A stretch of DNA of 64,000 bases from an uncultured Verrucomicrobiota bacterium (lineage in GTDB: Bacteria > Verrucomicrobiota > Kiritimatiellia > CAIKKV01 > CAITUY01). How positions within the stretch are numbered: the first letter of the stretch is position 1; every line of letters begins with the position of its first letter. A program made the position numbers and the translations under genes. Of the stretch, positions 10,296-17,913 are shown piece after piece. The stretch is from positions 80,799-144,798 of the forward strand of contig CAZDUS010000001.1 of the NCBI GenBank assembly GCA_964508705.1, read 5' to 3'. The notes below the pieces were generated by a model. The model worked only from the letters and a program-made list of their open reading frames with translations. It ran no database searches and was not told where the DNA came from.

Positions 10296-10715
10296 TTATT
10301 GCGCTTTCAACTGCTGGGCGATAAACGCATTCATGGCCGAATGACCCACCAGTAAATCGCGTATCGACACCATTCCAATCACCTTGCCGTGATCCATCAC
10401 TGGGAGATGCCGCACCTTCCGCTCCGTCATAAGCGTCATGCAGTGTTCCGCAGTATCCTCCGTCCTCACGTGCGTCACGCGGTGACTCATGATCTCATCC
10501 ACCAGAGTCGTCGCCGAAGCCTTCCCCTTGAGTATCACTTTGCGAGCATAATCGCGCTCGGTGATAATCCCCGCCAACTTGTCTCCCTCCATCACCAGCA
10601 ACGCACCCACCTGGAACTCATCCATACGCCGGACCGCTTCAAACACCGTGTCACTCTTGGTAATGGTCCGGATCACTGATCCCTTCCGCTCCAGAATGTC
10701 ACGTACCGTCTCCAT
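10296..10715 (-). CDS. CBS-domain pair protein
   Basis: 139 aa containing two CBS repeats (VGALLVMEGDKLAGIITERD and RHLPVMDHGKVIGMVSIRD). Confidence 0.8.
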   Translation of the reverse strand: METVRDILERKGSVIRTITKSDTVFEAVRRMDEFQVGALLVMEGDKLAGIITERDYARKVILKGKASATTLVDEIMSHRVTHVRTEDTAEHCMTLMTERKVRHLPVMDHGKVIGMVSIRDLLVGHSAMNAFIAQQLKAQ

Positions 10716-10743
10716 CTGGCTCTCCGTCTCCTTGTAGGGGCGT

Positions 10744-10768
10744 CGCTCGCCGACGCCCGGCGGCCAAC
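10744..10768 (+). repeat. REP-like element: GTAG followed by hairpin GGGCGTCG-CTCGC-CGACGCCC
   Basis: Perfect 8-bp stem located between the hypB stop (10773) and the CBS gene start (10715). Confidence 0.6.
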
Positions 10769-10772
10769 TCGC

Positions 10773-11567
10773 CTACACCGCCAAATTCTCAAGATACTGA
10801 ATCCAAGCGTCCATCCCCTGCCCGGTCTTGGCGCTCAATTCAAAGACAAACACTCCGGGATGAATCTTCCTCAGATATTCACGGCACTTTGCCAGGTTCC
10901 AATCCAGATGTGGCGCCAAATCCATTTTCGTCAGCACCACCACAGGTGCCATCCCGAACAAAGTCGGATACTTCACCGGCTTGTCCTCGCCTTCCGTTGT
11001 CGAAAGCAACGCCACCTTGAACTGCTCGCCCAAATCAAACGCCGCCGGACAAACAAGATTGCCGACATTCTCAATGAACAGCAGCTTGATTCCGCCCTCG
11101 GTGACCTCGGGCAGCAACTGTCCCACGCGTTCGGCATCCAGATGGCAAGCACTGATCGTCTCGATCTGCCGCACCACCGCCCCCTTTCCCGCCAGCCGGC
11201 GCGCGTCATTGTCCGTCTGCTGGTCACCAGTAATCACGGCGCACGCCACCCGCCCTCTCAGCCTCTCCAATGTGCGCTCAAGCAAATAGGTCTTCCCGGA
11301 GCCCGGCGATGAAATCATGTTGATGGCAACCACGCCATGCTTCGCTAGCCACTGGCGGTTCGCCTCCGCCTTGGCATCGTTCTCGGAAAGCACCTTTCGC
11401 TCCAGCGCGATCGTGCGCCGCTCCGTTGCCGAAAGCTCGGCATGACTGTGCTCATGGGTATGGTCCCCGTGATGATGTCCATGACTGTGAACATGCCCAT
11501 CCCCGTGATCATGAAAATAGTGATGCCCGTGCTTTCCAGCTTCCTCGCAACCACAATCTTTACACAT
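10773..11567 (-). CDS. hypB: Hydrogenase nickel-incorporation GTPase HypB
   Basis: I take the start at ATG 11567, which gives MCKDCGCEE, the CXXCGC high-affinity Ni site. A His-rich stretch follows, then the P-loop SSPGSGKT. The tracked ORF extends 13 codons further upstream. Confidence 0.9.
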   Translation of the reverse strand: MCKDCGCEEAGKHGHHYFHDHGDGHVHSHGHHHGDHTHEHSHAELSATERRTIALERKVLSENDAKAEANRQWLAKHGVVAINMISSPGSGKTYLLERTLERLRGRVACAVITGDQQTDNDARRLAGKGAVVRQIETISACHLDAERVGQLLPEVTEGGIKLLFIENVGNLVCPAAFDLGEQFKVALLSTTEGEDKPVKYPTLFGMAPVVVLTKMDLAPHLDWNLAKCREYLRKIHPGVFVFELSAKTGQGMDAWIQYLENLAV

Positions 11568-11605
11568 AGCTGTCCTTGCTTTCTCTCCGGCGATACCCGG
11601 CTCCA

Positions 11606-14029
11606 CTACTCAATTTTCTCAAACGGCCACATGGCCATCCCGCCTTCCATCACCCGCACCTGCTTGAACCCCGCCGCCTTGAGGATCAACGCCCCTTCGT
11701 AGGCGCGCAATGCAATGTCGCAGAACAATACCAGCATCTTGTCGCGGGGCAATTCCGATAATCGCTCGCGCAACGCCCCGAGCGGCAACGACAATGAGCG
11801 CGGTAACCTCTGTTGCTCGAACTCGCCCGGCGCCCGGACATCGAGAAAAATGAAATCATCACGGCGCATGAGCTTCTCGTGAACCTCCTGCGGGGAGATC
11901 CCCTCCAGAGTCCCATCCAATTTGTTACGCGCCACATTGGCCGCCGTCATCAGGTTGTCGATGGCCGTCGAGAATGATGGCCCGTAACACAAATCCTCAT
12001 TCGCCAACTCGTCCACTGTGCGCCCCGTCGCTATCGCCAGCGCAGCCACATCCACCCGCTTGTCTCCCGCTCCCGGACCCACCGTCTGGACGCCAAGCAG
12101 TTTCCTGGTCCCGCGATCGACAATCAGCTTCATCATGATCATGCTGGCCGACTGCAGGTAATGCGCCCGGTCCAGTCCCGGCGCTTGCACTGTTACCACA
12201 TCATATCCCGCTTGCCGCGCCTCATCCGCTCCCAAGCCCGTTCGCGCCACCGTGTAGTCAAAAATGCGGCAAATCGAACTCCCCAGCACCCCGGGAAACC
12301 GGTCGGACCCACCGCAAATATTCACCGCCGCCACCCGCCCCTGCTTGGTCGCCGTGGAGCCCAGCGGAATATAACAGGGTTTGCCTGTCAACCGGTGCGT
12401 GCTTTGAGTGCAATCCCCCGCCGCAAAAATATCCGGCTGGTTCGTCCTCAACATTTCGTCGACACGGATGGCGCCTGTCTCACCCAACACAATTCCCGCC
12501 GATTCCGCCAACTCCACATTTGGACGAATGCCGCACGCCAGAATAACCATGTCCGCAGGAAACGTCCCCTTGTCCGTCACCACCGCCTTCACCGCCGCCT
12601 CACCCTCCAATCCCGTCGCCGTCGCGCCCGTCACTATCCGGACCCCATGCGATTCCAAATGACGCTCCACAAGAACCGCCATATCCAGATCCAGGATCGG
12701 AAGAATAAAGGGGAGCCTCTCCACGATCGTCACTCGCGCCCCCTTACGCACCAAAGCCTCTGTCATCTCGATGCCGATCAGGCCACCGCCGACAGTGACA
12801 ACATCCCGGGCCATGGTCTCCGCCATCGCACTGCGCAACCCCTCGGCGTCATGCATGCCGTGCAACGTGTACACCTGCTTAAGCTTCGTCTTCAGGGAAT
12901 CGGGCACATATGCCGACGCCCCTGTGGCAAGCAGTAGTTTGTCGTAGGAGAGCCAGTGCTCATGCCCGCTGAGTAAATCACGAACAAGCACCCTCTTGCC
13001 ATCCGCATCCACTTCACACGCCTTCGTCTGGTTCATCACATGAACATTCATCACGTTGCGGAAGAACACGGGATCGCGAACCACTCCTGCCGGACTGGAT
13101 AGCAATCGTTTTTGATCACGCACCTCACCGGACACGTAATACGGCAACCCGCAACCTGCGTACGAAAGCAAACTCCCCTGTTCGATCACCGTCACATCGG
13201 CATCAGGCATAAGCCGGATAATCTTAGCAGCCGCTTTCGGACCCGCCGTCACCCCGCCAACAATCACCACCTTGGGCCCAGTCACTCGCCGATCATCCGC
13301 TTGCCGTTCCTCCTCCGGTTCCGCCAATACCAACTCAACAAAAAATTCCGCACCTCCCAGCTCCGCGGATTTCCCCACCCCAACTTGACCACCCGCCGCC
13401 TCAACCACGCTTTTCACAAACGCCAGGCCAAGTCCCACCCCCGGCCGCGTGGAATGCCTCACCGTACTTGACCGATAGAATGGACTGAAAATCTTCTCTG
13501 GATCAACATCGGCAACCCCGATCCCCGAATCAGCCACCACGACCCGCACATACGCCTCGTCGGTCACTGGGCAGATCGTGATGCGCACACGCCCTTGATC
13601 CGGCGTGTATTTCAAGGCATTACTCACCAACGCACCCAGCGCCTCCGTCAGCGCCGCTTCGCCCGGTCGCACCCTCACCGGCAACCCTTGCAGATCCAAT
13701 TGCAGGGTAATATCCCGTTGCATCGCCTCGGCCACAAAGCGCGCATGCACACTCCGGATCACGGAATTCAACAGGGCGGGCGGCTCACCCGGCGCCTGCC
13801 CTGCCCCCGTCTGGATAATGGTGAGCATCCGCCTGACAGACTGGATCGCTTGATCACACCGTTCATTCGCCCGCTCCAGGGGCCCCCGGAGCCCCGACGC
13901 CACCGGCCCCGCGTACTCGCCCAAAACACTTTGAAGCGCCGCGCTAACGGCATTCAACGGCGACTGGATCTGATGCGCCAGCAACGAGGCGAACTTGAGC
14001 GGGTCGTCCTGAAAATCCATCTTCTTCAT
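11606..14029 (-). CDS. Fusion protein: histidine-kinase core (DHp+CA) + CoA-disulfide/persulfide-reductase-like flavoprotein + rhodanese domain
   Basis: Single 807-codon ORF. The kinase core has H-box LLAHQIQSPL (His19), N-box VSNALKYTP, DSGIGV, IFSPFYR and GVGLGLAF. The flavoprotein part has KVVIVGGVTAGPKAA, SYAGCGLPYY (Cys293) and GGGLIGIE. The C-terminal rhodanese loop is C770-DIAL-R. Confidence 0.8.
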   Translation of the reverse strand: MKKMDFQDDPLKFASLLAHQIQSPLNAVSAALQSVLGEYAGPVASGLRGPLERANERCDQAIQSVRRMLTIIQTGAGQAPGEPPALLNSVIRSVHARFVAEAMQRDITLQLDLQGLPVRVRPGEAALTEALGALVSNALKYTPDQGRVRITICPVTDEAYVRVVVADSGIGVADVDPEKIFSPFYRSSTVRHSTRPGVGLGLAFVKSVVEAAGGQVGVGKSAELGGAEFFVELVLAEPEEERQADDRRVTGPKVVIVGGVTAGPKAAAKIIRLMPDADVTVIEQGSLLSYAGCGLPYYVSGEVRDQKRLLSSPAGVVRDPVFFRNVMNVHVMNQTKACEVDADGKRVLVRDLLSGHEHWLSYDKLLLATGASAYVPDSLKTKLKQVYTLHGMHDAEGLRSAMAETMARDVVTVGGGLIGIEMTEALVRKGARVTIVERLPFILPILDLDMAVLVERHLESHGVRIVTGATATGLEGEAAVKAVVTDKGTFPADMVILACGIRPNVELAESAGIVLGETGAIRVDEMLRTNQPDIFAAGDCTQSTHRLTGKPCYIPLGSTATKQGRVAAVNICGGSDRFPGVLGSSICRIFDYTVARTGLGADEARQAGYDVVTVQAPGLDRAHYLQSASMIMMKLIVDRGTRKLLGVQTVGPGAGDKRVDVAALAIATGRTVDELANEDLCYGPSFSTAIDNLMTAANVARNKLDGTLEGISPQEVHEKLMRRDDFIFLDVRAPGEFEQQRLPRSLSLPLGALRERLSELPRDKMLVLFCDIALRAYEGALILKAAGFKQVRVMEGGMAMWPFEKIE

Positions 14030-14070
14030 AACGGCTCCCCTTCATGGCGACCAGCCTACGCCTCCCCACC

Positions 14071-14421
14071 TCACTCGGCAACATCTACCTCAATCGAGGT
14101 AATGTACAACTCACGCCCCGACTTGACTTCCACATCGGACGATTTGCATCCCTCGCAATAAATGAACGGTGCCTCCGGTTGCGATATCTTGCCGCAGGCC
14201 CTGCACTGCACCGATGCCTTGATCCACTCAATCACCAGTTCCGCCCCCGCCGCCACCGACTCCTCGGCCGCCAGCGGAAACGCCCCCTTCAACGCCTCCG
14301 GATCGACACCCGAAAGAGCCCCGACCGTCACCGTGACCTTTGGCACGGCCGCAGCCTTCTGCTCCCGAGCCACCTTCTCCATCTGCTCAACCAACGCCAT
14401 CGCTATAGATAATTCATGCAT
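14071..14421 (-). CDS. hypA: Hydrogenase nickel insertion protein HypA
   Basis: It has the N-terminus MHELSIA and the zinc site CRACG...CEGC. The start is at ATG 14421. Confidence 0.9.
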   Translation of the reverse strand: MHELSIAMALVEQMEKVAREQKAAAVPKVTVTVGALSGVDPEALKGAFPLAAEESVAAGAELVIEWIKASVQCRACGKISQPEAPFIYCEGCKSSDVEVKSGRELYITSIEVDVAE

Positions 14422-14437
14422 GAGCAACTCCAAAGTA

Positions 14438-14602
14438 TTCAGAATTCAGTAGTCAGCATCCAGAATCTGTTAAACCATCATCTTGTATTATGTGGATCCA
14501 TCTTCGCACCCAACAACTTGTTCTTCCTCTTAAATCACACGTCTTCGGATCCAGTCCCCATTCTGAATTCTGACTTCTGTCTCCTGACTTCTGTTTCTCT
14601 GC
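14438..14602. repeat. Two mutually inverted 7-nt-periodic arrays in the hypE-hypA spacer
   Basis: 14438-14472 reads TTCAGAA TTCAGTA GTCAGCA TCCAGAA TCTGTTA. 14561-14602 reads TTCTGAA TTCTGAC TTCTGTC TCCTGAC TTCTGTT TCTCTGC. The outer about 11 nt of the two arrays are complementary. Confidence 0.65.
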
Positions 14603-14603
14603 A

Positions 14604-15617
14604 TCAGCAAATCCTCGGCAATAATTCACCCCTCGGCACATCCACCAACCTCTGTCCACCGGCAACCGTCTCCAGAATCACACGCCCGTTCCTGCCGGTC
14701 ACAACACCAACCTCCGTCGCCAACCGACCCTCCGGCAACGCTCTCCAGCAATCAAGGATCACCCCGGCGACTTGTGGATCACACACCAGCACCATGCGCC
14801 CCTCCGATGCCACCTGTAATAAATCCAGCCCAAGCATCTCCGCCACCGCGCGCGCCCCGGCGGAAAACGGCAGACTCTCCTCACGCAACAGCACACCCAC
14901 CGGACGATCTTCCACCAACTCGTTTAACGTCGCCGCCAATCCGCCACGCGTCGGGTCACGCATGAACCGCACATAGCCAGCCACCGATTGCACCGCCTGC
15001 ACCAGTCGATGTACCGGCCCCGTGTCGCTCTGTGGCCCGTTGCTGATGGCAATGGACTTCCGCGCCGCAAGCACAGCCATACCGTGATCACCCAGCGGAC
15101 CACTCACCAAAATCCGGTCACCCTCCCGCACCCCGTCCGCACTCAGGGAGAACCCTTCCATCAACTCACCTATCCCCGACGTGGTCACATACATGCCGTC
15201 GCATTGCCCGCGCGCCACAACCTTGGTGTCCCCCGTGACCACCGTCACCCCGCAATCGTCCGCCGCCCGCTTGATGGAATCCAACACCCGCGTCAACGTC
15301 GCCCTCGGCAATCCCTCCTCAAGAATCAACGACAACGACAGCCACTTGGGCCGCCCGCCGCAAACGGCAATATCATTAACCGTCCCATGCACCGCAAGAT
15401 CACCAATCGTCCCGCCCGGAAACTCAATCGGCTGGACCACATACCCGTCCGTCGTGAACACCAACGCCCGGCCAGCCGGCATCGGTAACGTGGCCGCGTC
15501 CGGAAGCCCGCGCAACGCACCAACACCAAACCGCGACACAATCTCCTCGCGAATCAGGTCCCTCGACAGCAATCCCCCGCCCCCATGCCCGAGTTGTATC
15601 AACGCCTCATCACGCAT
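14604..15617 (-). CDS. hypE: Hydrogenase maturation carbamoyl dehydratase HypE
   Basis: 337 aa with the AIR-synthase-like fold pattern and the diagnostic C-terminal PRIC. Confidence 0.92.
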   Translation of the reverse strand: MRDEALIQLGHGGGGLLSRDLIREEIVSRFGVGALRGLPDAATLPMPAGRALVFTTDGYVVQPIEFPGGTIGDLAVHGTVNDIAVCGGRPKWLSLSLILEEGLPRATLTRVLDSIKRAADDCGVTVVTGDTKVVARGQCDGMYVTTSGIGELMEGFSLSADGVREGDRILVSGPLGDHGMAVLAARKSIAISNGPQSDTGPVHRLVQAVQSVAGYVRFMRDPTRGGLAATLNELVEDRPVGVLLREESLPFSAGARAVAEMLGLDLLQVASEGRMVLVCDPQVAGVILDCWRALPEGRLATEVGVVTGRNGRVILETVAGGQRLVDVPRGELLPRIC

Positions 15618-15629
15618 AACTCTTCCCCT

Positions 15630-16736
15630 TCACGCTTCACGTCTAACGTATTTATAGTACGCCGCACAGGTCCCTTCCGCGCTGACCATGCAGGGGCCCA
15701 CCGGATGATCCGGCGTACATCCGGTCCCAAACAACGCGCAGGCTGGCGGTTTCATCTTCCCCTTCAGCACTTCGCCACAGGAACAAGCCGGATTCTCGTT
15801 CCCGAGCTCCACCGTCATTCCATGCCGCCGCTCCGCGTCATATGCCGCATACTCCGTCTTCAATCCCAGCCCGCTCTGCGGAATCACCCCAATCCCCCGC
15901 CATGCCGCATCCACCGGTTGCAAATAAGTCGCCATGATTTCCTGCGCCTTGCGATTCCCGCCCGGCGTAACCACACGCGCATACTCGTTCGCCACCTCGG
16001 CCACCCCGCGCTGAATCTGCTCCAGGATTCCCTGCATCCCGTAAAGAATATCCAGCGGTTCAAATCCCGCAACCACGCACGGAACCCGGTACTGCTCCGC
16101 GAACGGCAGATAAGCGTCTGCCCCGATAATGGCGCTGACATGCGCCGGACATAAAAACGCATCAATCCGGATCGATGGATCGGACAGCAACGCATGCAAT
16201 GCGGGCGGCACCAACTTGAACGCCGTCAATAAGGACAAATTTTTCAAACTCCGCCGCTCAGCCTGCTCCACCAGGCAAATCACCGGCGCAATCGTCGTCT
16301 CGAATCCAATGGCCAGGAATACAACCTCACGGGTCGGATTCGTCTCGGCAAGCTCAACCGCCCTCATCGGATTGTAGCAAACCTCCACTGTCCCTCCCCG
16401 TGCGCGACATTCCGCCAGCGTGGAGTTGGCTCCCGGAACCGCCAGCATATCCCCAAAGCTCACCACAATCATGCCCTTCTCCGCGAGGGCAATAGCCACA
16501 TCAATATAACTCGCGGGCGTCACGCAAACGGGACACCCAGGCCCACTGATCAATTCCACGTTGGCGGGAAGCACATCTCGAATCCCATACCGGGCAATGG
16601 CCATCGTGTGGGTCCCGCACACCTCCATGACATTTACCCGCCGCCCCGCAGGCTGAAGCCCGGCGGCCAACTCGGCAAGGCGGCTCTGGATCGTGGCGGC
16701 GGCCGCAGGATTTCTAAACCCTTGAATATAATTCAT
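15630..16736 (-). CDS. hypD: Hydrogenase maturation protein HypD
   Basis: 368 aa with the GPGCPVCVTP and GFETT motifs. Confidence 0.92.
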   Translation of the reverse strand: MNYIQGFRNPAAAATIQSRLAELAAGLQPAGRRVNVMEVCGTHTMAIARYGIRDVLPANVELISGPGCPVCVTPASYIDVAIALAEKGMIVVSFGDMLAVPGANSTLAECRARGGTVEVCYNPMRAVELAETNPTREVVFLAIGFETTIAPVICLVEQAERRSLKNLSLLTAFKLVPPALHALLSDPSIRIDAFLCPAHVSAIIGADAYLPFAEQYRVPCVVAGFEPLDILYGMQGILEQIQRGVAEVANEYARVVTPGGNRKAQEIMATYLQPVDAAWRGIGVIPQSGLGLKTEYAAYDAERRHGMTVELGNENPACSCGEVLKGKMKPPACALFGTGCTPDHPVGPCMVSAEGTCAAYYKYVRREA

Positions 16737-16782
16737 CTATGCCTCGCTCATTACCCTAAAGATCCCCCGTCTCCCCTTGCTG

Positions 16783-16810
16783 TCTGAAATCTTAAATCTC
16801 AGATCTCAAA
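16783..16810 (+). repeat. 7-nt-periodic spacer (TCTGAAA TCTTAAA TCTCAGA TCTCAAA) upstream of hypD
   Basis: Read directly from the sequence. It lies between the LpxC-like stop (16821) and the hypD start (16736). Confidence 0.55.
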
Positions 16811-16820
16811 TGCCCCCGCC

Positions 16821-17846
16821 TCACTCCTCCGGCTTATACGGGCAAAGCAGGTTGCGGTCAAAAAGATGACGAACCAACGTGCAATCCAGCGAATGCCCTG
16901 CTTTATACGACTGCACCGTTCCCACAAATCGACCGGTGTCAATCAGGGCCAACGCCGCCACCAAATCCAGAATCGCCCGATGCCACACAGCCTCAAGCGA
17001 CTTCCCTTCATGGAATATCATCGGCTTGTTGTAATACCGCCACCGTCCGGCAATCAGGATATTCCTGGTCGTATACCCCAGATGGCGCATGTCGGCAAAC
17101 AACTGCCCGATGGTCCTTACAAAGGCCATCTGCGTAAACGAACAATTCGTGCGTGCCAACGCCCCATGCCGCCCCGTCTCCGGCGTCAATCGCATCCGAA
17201 GCCTCTGTTGCCCGATCGCCGTCTTGAAATTCACCGCGCAATCCAAATCCAGCGCCGGGGCCCCTCCGGTACACGGCTTGACCACCAGGAAACTCCCGTT
17301 AGGCCCCATGATCGCCACAGGCTTCCGGACCGTCACATACTGCACCGGGGTTGTCGTCTCACAAATACCGGCGCTTTCAATCGCCTCCACCAAATCCATA
17401 CTGCCGCGGTCAAACAACGGCGGATCACCGGACTCCATCGAGATCTTCACGTTATCCAACCGCATCGCCAACCGCAGGGCAACAATATGCTCCACCATGC
17501 GCACATAATTATGCGGCGACCCACTACACAAAACGATGTTCCTCTGCGTAGTCCAGATGTTGCCAGCAGAAACACGGATCGGCATGGAATCCGGTAAATC
17601 CGTACGGTCCAGCCACCACCCCTCAACCTCCGACGGCTCAAACTTCAACGTCCGCTGGGCCTTGCCGAAAAACGTTCCCGGCCCCGTCACGGAAACCGGC
17701 TTCCGGATCGTCGTCTGGAAACGCCCGGGATTATCGTTCTCCGGAATCCACTCCATATCCACGGGTTGCGCCAGGAATTTATCCATTTCCCTCTGCAATT
17801 CAGACGCATCGCCCTGCAACAATAAACCATACGGTGTTTCAGACAT
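16821..17846 (-). CDS. LpxC-family (UDP-3-O-acyl-GlcNAc deacetylase-like) protein, divergent
   Basis: By-eye alignment to E. coli LpxC. MVEHIVAL aligns with TVEHLNAAL (Glu/His). AVWHRAILDLVAAL aligns with FVRHKMLDAIGDL (His, Asp). SYKAGHSLD aligns with AYKSGHALN. The start is at ATG 17846, preceded by AGGA. Confidence 0.65.
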   Translation of the reverse strand: MSETPYGLLLQGDASELQREMDKFLAQPVDMEWIPENDNPGRFQTTIRKPVSVTGPGTFFGKAQRTLKFEPSEVEGWWLDRTDLPDSMPIRVSAGNIWTTQRNIVLCSGSPHNYVRMVEHIVALRLAMRLDNVKISMESGDPPLFDRGSMDLVEAIESAGICETTTPVQYVTVRKPVAIMGPNGSFLVVKPCTGGAPALDLDCAVNFKTAIGQQRLRMRLTPETGRHGALARTNCSFTQMAFVRTIGQLFADMRHLGYTTRNILIAGRWRYYNKPMIFHEGKSLEAVWHRAILDLVAALALIDTGRFVGTVQSYKAGHSLDCTLVRHLFDRNLLCPYKPEE

Positions 17847-17913
17847 TTCAATCCTCATAAAATAATTTGCCCATAACAACCAAAGCCACCCCGCTAAGTC
17901 AAGCGGTCATGTG

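Noticed and set aside
16737-16820. Search for a hidden hypC (MCLAIPG-type small ORF) upstream of hypD and elsewhere in 10.7-17.9 kb
   Set aside because: The spacer is too short, and no frame on either strand gives a HypC-like N-terminus.
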